Positions 1 to 11,394 are shown, counted from the stretch's first letter. The stretch is DNA of 63,498 nt from Cirrosporium novae-zelandiae (GCA_026023565.1 JAPETS010000073.1:1-63498), one strand, 5' to 3'. Made by a program: numbers and translations. Notes: a model not told the origin generated them from the sequence alone.

Positions 1-96
1 AAAAAAAAAAAATAAGACTTATCTTTTTATTGCACTCCCTGCTGGCTGGCTCTAATCCTCGACGGAGTTAGCATGCATGCTTGCACCTACCCCTTG

Positions 97-155
97 TTCT
101 TATTAGCTTAATGGTAGAACAGGATATACCTAATCTTTTTATTTAGGTTCAAGTC
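97..155 (+). pseudogene. Truncated tRNA-Arg paralog (anticodon position CCT), 3' part displaced by a GC hairpin element
   Basis: Closely matches trnR(TCT) at 6145 through the T-loop (ttcttattagcttaatggtag...ggttcaagtc), then is interrupted by gggccctccgctacctaagcagtaatgct. Confidence 0.75.
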
Positions 156-380
156 GGGCCCTCCGCTACCTAAGCAGTAATGCTTGCTATTTTTTTTTTT
201 GCTTGTGCCTAGGGGGGAGGGGATAAAGAATTACAAAATTTAATAATAATAATTTGTGAATTATTTTACCTAATTTTTTTTTTAACTGTAAACTTTAAAA
301 CACAGGGCGAACTTTTTCTTCTTGCCTGGCCTGTTTAAGGTTTTGTTTTTTAATTTTAGAACTATAAAAAAAAAATTTAG

Positions 381-1592
381 ATGATATATAGCCCAACTCT
401 TATTTCTATAATTGAGGTTTTATTAGTAACAGTCCCAGCCTTACTCTCTGTAGCGTTTGTAACTATTGCGGAAAGAAAAACAATGGCAAGTATGCAAAGA
501 AGACTAGGTCCTAATACGGTCGGATACTGAGGAATGTTACAAGCATTTGCAGATGCTTTAAAATTATTATTAAAGGAGTATATTTCCCCTGCACAAGCTA
601 ATTTAATTTTATTTTTCTTAGGTCCTATTATTACTTTAATTTTTTCACTGTTAGGGTATGCTGTAATACCCTATGGTCCTGGTTTAACTGCAGGAGATTT
701 AAACTTAGGTATACTCTATATGTTAGCTGTGTCTTCTTTATCGACCTATGGTATATTATTAGCCGGATGATCGGCTAATTCCAAATATGCTTTTTTAGGG
801 TCCTTAAGAAGTACAGCACAACTAATAAGTTATGAATTAATTTTAAGTTCAGCCATACTTCTAGTAATTTTATTAACTGGTAGCTTAAATTTAACTGTTA
901 ATATTGAAAGTCAAAAAACAGTTTGGTTTATAATACCTTTATTACCTATTTTTATTGTATTCTTTATAGGATCTGTAGCAGAAACTAATAGAGCTCCTTT
1001 TGATTTGGCCGAGGCTGAATCAGAGTTAGTTAGTGGATTTATGACAGAACATGCTGCGGTAATTTTTGTTTTTTTCTTTTTAGCTGAATATGCTAGTATT
1101 GTTCTTATTTGTACACTAACTAGTATTTTATTTCTTGGTGGTTATCTTTTGGATTTTTTTCCTTTATTGGTTATTGAGATTTATAACAACGTAGTGTATA
1201 ACCAGGTTAATCCTTACGATATTTATGCTTTATACCCATTTGATCTTCATTATTCCTTATATATCTTTGACTGCATGCGGAGCACAGTAGTAAATTCTTA
1301 TATAAATTTATTTAATAATTGTTTAATTGAAGGTACATTTTATAGTTTAATATTAGGAATTAAAGCTTGTGTTATGATTTTTGTATTTATTTGAACGAGA
1401 GCCTCATTCCCTCGTATCCGTTTTGACCAATTAATGTCTTTCTGTTGAACTGTTTTATTACCTTTAGTGATAGCCTTTATTGTATTAATTCCTTGTATTT
1501 CACACGGTTTTGAATCTATTCCTTCAAATGTTTCTTTATTCTTTGTACCCTTACTTATATTAAAGGATAAAAATGTTTCTTGCCCCCTCTAA
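381..1592 (+). CDS. nad1: NADH dehydrogenase subunit 1
   Basis: ATG at 381; motifs [48 protein letters not shown]; open with TGA=Trp to TAA at 1590-1592. Confidence 0.97.
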
Positions 1593-1617
1593 AGACTTCG
1601 ACCTTAAACACATAAAA

Positions 1618-2040
1618 ATGTCGGATGACGAGTATAATCAATGGTTAACAGGCTTCAAGCCCCCCACCAGCCCCCAATAAGCCCCCACTCGAAGAGTGGG
1701 GGCTTTGGGGGCTAGGGTGGGGGCTTGGTGAAGGTAATTTTTATATAGGTATTACAGATAAAGGTTCTATTAATTTTTCTTATACAATCAAGTTGCATAT
1801 CGATGACTTAAAAGCACTAAAGTTTATTTAATCTCAACTAAGCCTCCCCCCCACCACCAAGCCCCCACGAGCCCCCCAAAGCCCCCACTCTTCGAGCGGG
1901 GGCTAATGGGGGGCTTGTGGAAGTATACAAACACCTATTACAGAATCAGCAGCTTATGGCCCCCTTTTTTTTTATATAAAAAAAAAAGGGGGGATAGAGT
2001 AGGAGGAATAAATCAGCTGTGTGATATTATTATTCCTCTA
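1618..2040 (+). pseudogene. Degenerate LAGLIDADG homing endonuclease behind nad1
   Basis: MSDDEYNQWLTGF-[GC insertion]-GEGNFYIGITDKGSINFSYTIKLHIDDLKALKFI*, with further GC insertions. Confidence 0.75.
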
Positions 2041-2104
2041 ACCCCCCACCCTTGTTTTCTTTGCTTGTTTTTTTTTCTAAAAACCGCTCCGCAGAAAAAC
2101 ACAA

Positions 2105-2190
2105 GCACTTGTTTTTTTTTGTGCGAAGCACTTGTTTTTTTTGTGCGAAGCACAAAAAAACACTAAAACACTAAAACACTAAAACACTAC
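2105..2190 (+). repeat. GTGCGAAGCAC hairpin array with (A)AAACACT tail; further copies near 40180, 41490, 42895, 43705, 61430, 63000
   Basis: Tandem ttgttttttt-gtgcgaagcac units followed by tandem cactaaaa. Confidence 0.9.
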
Positions 2191-2527
2191 AGCCCAAGCA
2201 TCCTGCTCTTTTTTTTTTTCATTCCATGCTTTGTTTTCTCTTCACATGCCAGGCTGAAAGAAAAAAACAGGCGGGGGGGGTTGGATGTTTTTTCTGCGGA
2301 GCGGTTTTTAAAAACATTAGGAGAAAACAAGGCGGGGAAAGGAGTACTCCTCCCTCCCCTCCCCCCTCGTCCAATACAGGACTAGTCTTAATTGTGGGTT
2401 AATATAAATTCAACAACGAAGTATCCACGAAAGTAAACAAAATTAGTCAACTAAATAAAACAACCCTGAAAGACCCGCACATCCCCCCGCTCCTGGCTGT
2501 TTTTGTTTTTATAATTTTTGTTTTTAG

Positions 2528-2638
2528 CCCCCCGCTACCTCAGCAGTAATGCTGAGGAGCGGGGGGGGGGGGATAAAAACAAAGCGCAAGCATGAAAAAA
2601 AAATAGCAAGCATTACTGCTGAGGTAGCGGGGGGGCCC
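2528..2638. mobile_element. GC-rich palindromic element family A (ccccgct[a]cctcagcattactgctgagg[t]agcgggg), more than 15 copies in both orientations
   Basis: Copies near 5910, 16967, 25300, 26709, 31604, 33445, 34512, 41744, 43608, 50474, 59499, 62047, 63442. Confidence 0.85.
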
Positions 2639-3413
2639 AAAAAAATATAAGACCCTTAGGACGTAACTGTGTCCGAATCCTTTGTGTGTCCATAATAAAC
2701 TCGAAAAAAAAATCACGTATATCGCCTACATCTTAAAAAAGCCAGCGCATGTTTTCTCAACCCCCCATGAGTTTTCTCCAGCCCCTTTTTTTATTTTAAG
2801 GGGCAAGGAGAAAACATGCAACAAATTTTGGTATCACCTCCCCCCCCCCTTGTTTTCTTCCATTGGAGTTGCTAGGCCTCACGGCCCGTTTCATTTTTGG
2901 TATTCCTTTCACATAACACTGAAAGAATTTAAGGTCCGCATTGGATATTTTTAATATTAATGCTAATATGCGTTTTCACTCTCAATTTCCGCGGTGTCGG
3001 CATAACAAATCAGTGCATGCTTTATTTTTTTTTTTTATAAAAAAATATTAGCCCGCAGTGAAATTTTTCATAGTGTTAGATTAATTTATTGCTCTTGAAT
3101 TGGTTACACCCAGGACGCTACTTGTCCCTGGGCATGGTTCGCCACGTGTCTATGTACGACCACCTTCTTGTCTAGGTTCAGAGTGTAATTGTACCCACAT
3201 GTGTCTTACTGCGGAATTTGTTCATTAGCGTAATCCCGTGTATTGAGTTTTTTTATCAGGAAAAGCTCGCATACGTCGGTTTTCAGCTCAGATTTTATGG
3301 AGTAAGATACATAAAAGATAGATTGATTTTTTTTTACTCTTTTGTCTAAATTTTAACAATAACATTATTTGCTTGCTTCACCTATGAATAATTTAAAGCT
3401 AATTATATCGCAA

Positions 3414-3485
3414 GGGATATGTCGTATCTGGTGATACATTTGGATTGCAGATCTAAAATATGGAGTTCGATTCCCCCGTATCCCT
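3414..3485 (+). tRNA. trnC: tRNA-Cys(GCA)
   Basis: Acceptor gggatat/gtatccc, anticodon loop ttgcaga, T-loop gttcgat. Confidence 0.92.
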
Positions 3486-3610
3486 GATTCTTAAACCTGT
3501 GTTCACTTTTTTCTTGCTTTAAGCAATGCGTAGTAGATCAGCGTGTTTTTTTTTTCCTGCGGGTAACCCTTGTTTTTAGGCTGTCCTCTTACTTACCCCA
3601 CCTTCTCCAA

Positions 3611-3681
3611 TTCTTATTAGCTTAAAGGTAGAGCAGAATATTCATAATATTAAGGTTCAGGTTCATGTCCTGAATAAGAAA
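3611..3681 (+). tRNA. tRNA-Arg-derived paralog with CAT anticodon (function uncertain)
   Basis: Same acceptor, D and T stems as trnR at 6145; loop ttcataa; T-loop ttcatgt lacks A58. Confidence 0.7.
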
Positions 3682-3881
3682 CCTGGGCCCCGGGGTCTCT
3701 GCAGTAATGCAGAGACCCCGGGGGATAAGTAAACATTATTCTACAATAAGTTTCATCTAGCCCGGCAAGCAATTTTTGTGCTGTGATCCTTATGCCGTGT
3801 TTTAAAAAAAAGTAAAAGGGCTGATTAAATAATAAAACGATTAACTAGTATAAGGGCTCCTATCTATAAATATTTAAATAA

Positions 3882-4109
<228 letters not shown>

Positions 4110-4219
4110 TTTTAAATTTAACAGATTGAAATTTAATTTTAGATTTAAGTAATTTCTTATTTACAGAGTATCCTTTAGACACAGAGCTTCTTTTAGCTCT
4201 GTGTTTACCGGTTGGTATA

Positions 4220-4354
4220 GAATCCATACGAAAGGCAGCTAGTGCTATAAATTCTGATATAAAGACTTTATGTAGACGAGAAAAATCCCAATTAGAAAAG
4301 GGTATAAATACTCCCTATAGAAATAAATACATGATAATTATTAAAAGACATTAA
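4220..4354 (+). pseudogene. C-terminal remnant of a GIY-YIG homing endonuclease (copy 1)
   Basis: ESIRKAASAINSDIKTLCRREKSQLEKGINTPYRNKYMIIIKRH*, paralogous to the copies at 4545 and near 5830. Confidence 0.8.
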
Positions 4355-4475
4355 TTAATCATGTTAATTATTAATAACACTTAGTTTAAATATGCTTAGG
4401 TTCGTTTAAGTACACTGGTTACTAAAGAAAAACAGTGGAGGAGTGGGAGGTGAGGAAACGAACCTAAGCATTCAT

Positions 4476-4517
4476 TTTGCTTTAATGATGGCATTCTTAT
4501 TATTATATGTGGCTTAA
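4476..4517 (+). pseudogene. Displaced atp9 3' end 1
   Basis: [13 protein letters not shown] with synonymous differences from atp9. Confidence 0.92.
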
Positions 4518-4544
4518 AAATAAATTTTTATGATTTAAATCTTA

Positions 4545-4780
4545 TAAAAACTGCAGCGGCTAATAGGGTAAAACCCCCTGTACCAGGCTTAGAGGTAGAA
4601 AATACAGACCTTGAAACTAAAGTAACATCTACATATGAATCCATACGAAAAGCAGCTAGTGCTATTAATTCGGATATAAAAACTTTATGTAGACGTGAAA
4701 AGTCTCAACTAGAAAAAGGTATTAATACACCCTATAGAAATAAATACATGATAGTTATTAAAAGAACATCTATTATTTAG
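4545..4780 (+). pseudogene. C-terminal remnant of a GIY-YIG homing endonuclease (copy 2)
   Basis: KTAAANRVKPPVPGLEVENTDLETKVTSTYESIRKAASAINSDIK... Confidence 0.8.
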
Positions 4781-4890
4781 AGTATGTTAGTTATTAATAG
4801 CACTTAGTTAAAATAGGCTTAGGTTGTTTAAGTACATTTATTATTAAAGAAAATCAGTGGAGGAGTGGGGGGCGAGGAAACAAACCTAAG

Positions 4891-4932
4891 CTTGCGGTGA
4901 TGATGGCTTTCTTATTATTATACGTTGCTTAG
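4891..4932 (+). pseudogene. Displaced atp9 3' end 2
   Basis: [13 protein letters not shown]. Confidence 0.9.
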
Positions 4933-4939
4933 TTACTGA

Positions 4940-6100
4940 TGAAGGCCTTGCCTTATTAAATTCTATAAGTCCCGCAATAGTTTATATAGGTTTAATCAAA
5001 AGATTAGCTATAAATTTAGAAACGTGTTATGTGTATGGTTCAAATTCTACTGAATATTCTGAAAACTGCAGTTTTATGAGTAAAACCGCTGCTTATATCC
5101 CCTTAGAAGCTTATTCACAAATTCTGCTCGTATGCAAATTAGGTATTAAGACATATAATGATCTATTAATACCCGAGCTTTGATTCGTGATGATAAGCCC
5201 CCGCCGGGTAGTTTTCGAGCCCCTTTTTTTTTAAGGGGCTAGAAAACTCGCGGGGGCTTGGGAAAGTTGGAGTTTATTGTTGATTTAAGAAAGTTAATGG
5301 TAAATTATATATAGGTAGTGGTAATCCCTTATATCTGAGATTAAGTGATTATTATCAGGACTGGTATTTATCCAAACGTTCTAATCTATACATAATTAGA
5401 GCTTTAAGTAAATACGGAAGGTGTAATTTTTGTCTTGTTATTTTAGAGTACACTACTGGCGATCTCCTAGCCCCAACCAAAGGTTGGGGCTTGGGTGTGA
5501 ACAAAAAGAATTGATTTACTTAAACCCGAGTATAATATTAATCCTGTAGCAGGTAGCTCTCTGGGGTATAAATACACTATAGAAAGTAAAGCTAAGCTTA
5601 AAAAGTTAGCCTAGCCCCTGGGGCTGGAGAAAGTACAGTGAAAAAGTTAAACAACTTATGAGTGAATCACGTAAAGGTGTAAATAACAAATTTTACTCCC
5701 TGCGGAGTAAAACTCACACTGAAGAATCTTTAATCCTTTTAAGAGCTGCAGCAAAAAATAGAAAAAATTTTACCAGTTCCAGGTTTTGAAGTAGAAATTA
5801 CATATTTAAACACTAAAATTACTACTACGTACGAATCTATATGGAAAGCAGCTAGTGCCATTAATTCAGATATTAAATCATTATGTAGGCTCCGTAATGT
5901 TTTTTATATCCCCCCGCTCCTCAGCATTACTGCTGAGGTAGCGGGGGGCCCGAACAAAAACCGCTCCGCAGAGAAAAATCCCAGTTAGAAAAGGGTATTA
6001 ACACACCTAGCCCCCTTTTTTCTCCAGCCCCTTTTTTAAGGGGCAAGGAGAAAACAAGGGGGCTAGAGGTAGATATATGAGAGTGTTTAAAAGATCACAA
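4940..6100 (+). pseudogene. Degenerate GIY-YIG homing endonuclease (copy 3) with several GC insertions
   Basis: [45 protein letters not shown] segments with frameshifts. Confidence 0.85.
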
Positions 6101-6102
6101 TA

Positions 6103-6123
6103 TTTGCGTTAATGATGGCATTC
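6103..6123 (+). pseudogene. Displaced atp9 3' end 3 (truncated)
   Basis: tttgcgttaatgatggcattc = FALMMAF. Confidence 0.75.
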
Positions 6124-6144
6124 TATACAAACATAGCACTCCTA

Positions 6145-6215
6145 TTCTTATTAGCTTAATGGTAGAGCAGGATACTTCTAATATCTAGATCCAGGTTCAA
6201 GTCCTGAATAAGAAT
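6145..6215 (+). tRNA. trnR: tRNA-Arg(TCT)
   Basis: Acceptor ttcttat/ataagaa, anticodon arm ggata-cttctaa-tatct. Confidence 0.93.
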
Positions 6216-6604
6216 ATTCGGTTAGGTAATTATATATAAACAATGGATATATATGTTTTAAGACTATTTCATTTATTTTTTTCAAATCTTTTAATATTAT
6301 TACTTTTATTTAATAGAGCTGCGAAGCCAGCATACTAGACACATCGGCACTCCGTATAAAAAAAAAGTCGTAATTACGAAGCCTTAAATATATATTTTTT
6401 TTAGGGCTTGCTTGCTTGTTTTCTCTCTAATTAATTAGGCCGGCTCCGGTTTTTTTGTTCTTTATGCATGCATGTTTTATTTTTTTTTTTTTGCTTGTGT
6501 TTTTCTGCGTGTTTTCTAACTCCGTTAGGAGAGAAAACAACGCAGAAAAACAAGCGCTTCGCACAAAAAAAAAAATTATCCAGCCCAAAATAGAAATGAT
6601 CATT

Positions 6605-6654
6605 AAACATAATTTGCTCTAGAGATGTCTAGAGCGTAACTGATGAAGAAAATT
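6605..6654 (+). promoter_or_regulatory. Conserved 50-nt structured motif upstream of nad4 (second copy at 36587-36636)
   Basis: Collinear with the second copy; 8-bp hairpin with three compensatory pair changes. Confidence 0.6.
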
Positions 6655-6679
6655 GTTCTTAATTTATTATCTTTTTTTT

Positions 6680-8877
6680 ATGTTATATTTATTACTAATT
6701 ATCCCTGTTATAGCTCTATTGTTACTTGTTTCAGATGTATCCTTATTTACTAAAGGTCTAAAACTATTAAAAATAAAAAAGACTGTATTATCTTTTTTAA
6801 TTGCAGTTCTATTTTTTTCTTTTTTTTTTTTTTATTATGTATGATTCTAGTTTTGAGCAGTTTCAATTTGTTACAGATTGTTTAAATTTAAGCTTTTTAG
6901 GTTTTTTTTTAGGATTTGACGGTTTGTCTCTATATTTTTTTTTATTAACAGCTACAATAATGCCTATCGCTCTTATCTCTAATTGAATCTCTATAAGTGC
7001 AAAAGTAAAAATATTTCTTCTATTAATTTTATTACTTGAAATGTTATTATTGGCAGATTTTTTAGTTTTAGATATTTTATTGTTTTATATCTTCTTTGAA
7101 AGTATATTACCGCCTTTATTTTTACTAATTGGATTCTGAGGGTCTAAAAAGAGAGTAAGAGCTAGCTATTATCTGTTTTTATTTACATTATTCGGATCGT
7201 TATTTTTATTACTTTCTATTCTTACAATGTATTCTATCATGGGAACAACAGATTTCGAGGCACTATCTAAAATAAATTATGATGATGATACCCAAAATTG
7301 ATTATTTTGGGGTATTTTTATAGCTTTTGCTGTTAAAACACCGCTATACTTCTTAAATACTTGATTGTTAAAAGCGCACGTGGAATCACCTTTGATCGGA
7401 AGTGTGATATTAGCTGCTATCGTCTTAAAACTAAGTCTATATGGAATATATCGATTAATGTTGCCTTTATTATCTAGAGCTTCCTTAATTTTTTCATCTA
7501 TGGTATATGCTGTAAGTGTTGTTACTGTTTTCTTTGCTTCTTTTAGTACTTTAAGAACTATAGATGTAAAAGAGTTGATTGCTTATTCTTCTGTATGCCA
7601 TGCTGCTGTTTATTTAATGGGTAGTTTTAGTAACACAATTCAAGGAATAGAGGGTGCTATATCTTTAGGATTAGGTCATGGTTTTGTTTCATCTGGTCTT
7701 TTTATATCTGTAGGAGGTATTTTATATGATAGATCTCATACAAGATTGATAACTTATTATAGAGGTGTGGGGCAAATGATGCCTATATTTTCTATATTAT
7801 TCTTTATTCTTTGTTTAGCTAATTGTGGTACACCTTTAACATTTAACTTCCTAGGTGAATTTATGAGTCTTTATGGTTCTTTTGAAAGATTGCCTATTAT
7901 GGGTGCTTTAGCCTGTTCTTCTATTGTATTATCTGCAGCATACACTATGTATATGTTTAATAGAATTGTATTTGGTGGTGCTTTCTCTAAATACTTTAAT
8001 TTTAATATTCCTGACATTAATAAAAGAGAATTCTTTATAATATTACCTTTGGTTTTAGTAACTATATTATTTGGTATATATCCTGACCCTATTTTAAGTG
8101 GTTTACATTTCACTGTATCTCATCTAATTTATTCTTGCAGTTATCCTGGTGATGTTTCTCTCGCATTTCTACCCTTTATAATAAAATCTGCTTCTTGTAT
8201 GCGGAGCACAAAAAAAAAATTCAGATCACAAGCAGCAAAAGTCATAGATTACGTTAAAGGTTTTTTTTTTATTCATTTATCAACTATTATATATATTAGT
8301 TTCTTTATATATAGTTTTATAGAACTAACACAGACTATACTATTTTATTGTGATATTGCGACAGGTTTAATTACAATACCTCTTCTTACATATATGTATT
8401 TTTATAATAAAATAAAACAGTATTTCATTTCTTATTTTTTTTCTTTAGATATTGTTAAAATCTCTTTTATTATCTTTAAAGAAAATGGATTTGTTAAAGC
8501 ATTGCCAACTGTTTGTAGATATTTATATTATAGTATTTTAGATTTTATATATATTCATAGATATATTATAGTATTCTTATTTCTTGTTACTATTTATCGA
8601 ATTGTTTATTTTCCTGCGCAAGCGACTGATTTTTTTGTTTGGTTATTATTACTTTTAATTTGTATTTTATCTCTTTTTTCTGGGTTAATTTTATTAATTT
8701 ATGTTCTTTTTATTAACAAAAATTTAAAGAATAATCATCCTTTATTATATTTTGTTTGTATTATTACCTCTATATTTTTCTTAATTCTATCTGTTTTATT
8801 ATGATTCATATGTTTATCTTTACTAAAAAGAAAATTGAAATATCTTCTAAATGTAACCGGAGGAAATGCTCCAAATG

Positions 8878-8932
<55 letters not shown>

Positions 8933-9440
8933 TAATAATTTTGATTATTACCACAATGATCTTAATGGTCAAAATAATAATAATTCTAATTATAATCCCA
9001 ACAATAATAATAATAACAATAATAATAACCAGAATAATTTTACCGTGTCTTCAGAAACAACAGATAATCAAAGAAAATATAAATCGAGTGATGCTGACAG
9101 GCTTAGCGCCAAAAGATCTAAAGAAAGAGAACAAGCGAGTGATATGAACTGGTTAGAGGTGGCAACTTCTGGACTAAAGAGGGAGATTTTGGATGATGTA
9201 GTCGCAAGGATGGAAATCACCAGAAAGATGAAAAAAGAAATGGCGACGAGCGAAAGGTACCCTATTCCCAAGTGTAGTGATGATTTATTAAATCTTAAGC
9301 CAAGGGAGAAATTGGTTATCTTAGAGCATTTACAGACATTTCATCGGAATTCTGTGTATTTACGGCATGTAGCGGATCAAAGAAACTTCTGACGTGGTTT
9401 AAAGCTAACGGATGAATTTATAGATGTATTAAAAAAATAA
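6680..9440 (+). CDS. nad4: NADH dehydrogenase subunit 4 with an apparent frameshift in a T14 run (6820-6833) and a ~430-aa in-frame C-terminal extension
   Basis: LGFDGLSLYF, WLLKAHVESP, KELIAYSSVCH, NFLGEF; core ends near 8135 but the frame stays open (TGA=Trp) to TAA at 9438-9440. Confidence 0.93.
8878..9032 (+). repeat. (AAT)n microsatellites encoding poly-Asn in the nad4 extension
   Basis: About 20 consecutive AAT/AAC codons plus shorter runs. Confidence 0.95.
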
Positions 9441-10094
9441 TTGTTTTTTAACTAATAATGCTAAGAACATTATGTAATACTTTATTTCGGCTCCTTGTGA
9501 TACATTTAGATTGTAGGCAGTAAAAAAAAAGATATTTTTTTTTTTCTGCGTGCTTTTATCCCCCCCTGCGCTTCGCGCTCCAGCCCCCCACCTTTCCACG
9601 AGGATCACAGGCTGGCGGTAGTTTTTTCTTTTTTTTTTTCTTTTAGAAAACTAGGGGGGGGGGGGCTAGGATCACAGGCAGGTTCACAGTATTAAAGTGA
9701 TAGTTTCTATTCCTCTGGTTGCGGAGGACTCCGTAGGGAACCACCCTAGCCCCCCCCTAGCCACCTGCTCTTTTTTTTTCATTCCATGCTTTGTTTTCTC
9801 TCCACAAGCCAGGCTGAAAAACAGGGGTGGCTAGGGGGGGGGGGGGGCTTATTTAAGTGTGATAAGCATTACTCGGCGAAGCACACATTCTTATATAATC
9901 TTCAAATATAAAAAATATATATAATACAAAATAGATTCTATATATTTTTTTTTTACTTAGAAATAAGTGAAATGACCCGACAGTGTGAAGAGTGCAGGAA
10001 ACTTCTCAACAACTTATCTATGCTGAATAGCTTTTTATTTTAACTTAAAAGTTTTAGCTTTGCTCCGCCATGAAATTCTCTAGCTCCGCAACCA

Positions 10095-10166
10095 GAGACT
10101 TTAATTTAACGGTAAAATATGTGATTCTTAATCATCAGTATATGGGTTCAAATCCCGTAGGTCTTA
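10095..10166 (+). tRNA. trnK: tRNA-Lys(CTT), paralog of trnK(TTT) at 50253
   Basis: Nearly identical body; anticodon loop ttcttaa; substitutions keep the stems. Confidence 0.75.
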
Positions 10167-10499
10167 ATCTTTTTTTTTTTCGTTCGTGTTAGAGGGAGGT
10201 GTCTTAAAGTTATTATTAGTACTAAAAATCCTTAATTGTTTTGTAGCATTAGCCCCCCTATAAAAATCGGTGGTTCCTAGCTCCAGAGAGGCTGCTTGCT
10301 TGGCTCCGTCATCCAAAACAACCAAATTCTGGGATTTCAGTCCTCCCCTCTCTAACTGGCGGAGTTGGGGTTAGTCGGTCCCCCTCCCCCCCCTATGATA
10401 GGGATAAGGATAGTAACGTAAAGATTCCACTTGTTATGTCATCAAGTCTTAAGAAAAAGACTATTTCTATCTAGTCAATCAGAATTTCATTCACCGGGC

Positions 10500-10680
10500 A
10501 TTCCTTCTTCCCCCCCCCCCTGCTTCGCCTGCTTTCGCCTGCTTGCTAATTTTGTATTTCTGGGCCCCTGGCTCTGCAGCAAGCCCCCATTAGCCCCAAT
10601 TTTAATTGGGGGCTAGTGGGGGCTAGGGGGATATAAATAAAAACAAAAAATAAGGGACAGGCGAAGCAAGCAAATCTTGC
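10500..10680 (+). repeat. ~180-bp composite dispersed repeat (copy near 41075-41270, partial near 14570)
   Basis: Shared ccctgcttcgcctgctttcgcctgcttgctaattttg...gggacaggcgaagcaagcaaatcttgc. Confidence 0.85.
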
Positions 10681-11394
10681 AGGCCTTATGAAAAAAATTA
10701 GCCAGCAAAAAAAAAAAGGGAAGCCAACACGCAGGGTGCTTCGCCTAAAAGAATCCTGCGGCGTACAGAACTTTATAGAGGTAAAAACCTTTAGGTCTCT
10801 TTACCCTAACCCCCCCCCCTAACCCCCACCAGAGGTGGGGGGTTGGGGGGGGGGTTTCTGGATTTTATTATGATATATTGTATACAGTCTAATATAAGAC
10901 TTCTGGTTTTTTTTTTATTTAATAAGATGTCTGCTTATTTCTTAGTATGTTTTTTTTTATAAAAAAAAAACACAAGAAAAAGGAACGTTGCTTTTTTTTT
11001 TGCTCGCCTAGAAGCTAAGCCCCCCCCACCAAGCCCTAGCCCCCCAACCTTAGGTTGGGGGCTTATTCCTTAACTTCGTAGGATCTAGCAAAAAGAGATG
11101 CTGGGCTCCTGAACTTCGTAGGCTGTGCTAACTCCTTGCATGTGGTTGTTTTTTTTTCTTGCACTCCCTCCCTCCCCTCGGTACTCCGTACTCCGTAGAG
11201 GCGAGTCGAGCACAGGCTGCTTGTGCAATCCTTCGGCAGGAGTAAGAAAAAACACCACAGCACTCCGCAGGGAGCAAAAAAAAAAGGGCTTAAGAAAGAA
11301 AACACAGGGTTTTTTCTCCTTTAGTTTTTTCTAACAAACATCAAGAATAATAAATATTATATAAAAATAAAATTAAAAAAATTAAAAATAAAAA

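Noticed and set aside
534..1394. Apparently fragmented core genes in the ORF track
   Set aside because: An artefact of treating TGA as stop; trnW(TCA) is present and the frames are continuous.
6636..6654. CTGATGA..GAAA as a canonical hammerhead ribozyme
   Set aside because: Stem II is missing, 4 extra nt precede the core, and the second copy has CTCATGA/GTAA; kept only as an unclassified motif.
8735..9271. Poly-Ile and poly-Leu ORFs (8866..9147 +, 8735..8932 -, 9068..9271 -)
   Set aside because: They are alternative frames of the AAT microsatellite in the nad4 extension.
9960..10030. Short complex stretch resembling a group I core piece (tgcaggaaacttctc)
   Set aside because: No other core elements nearby; too little evidence.
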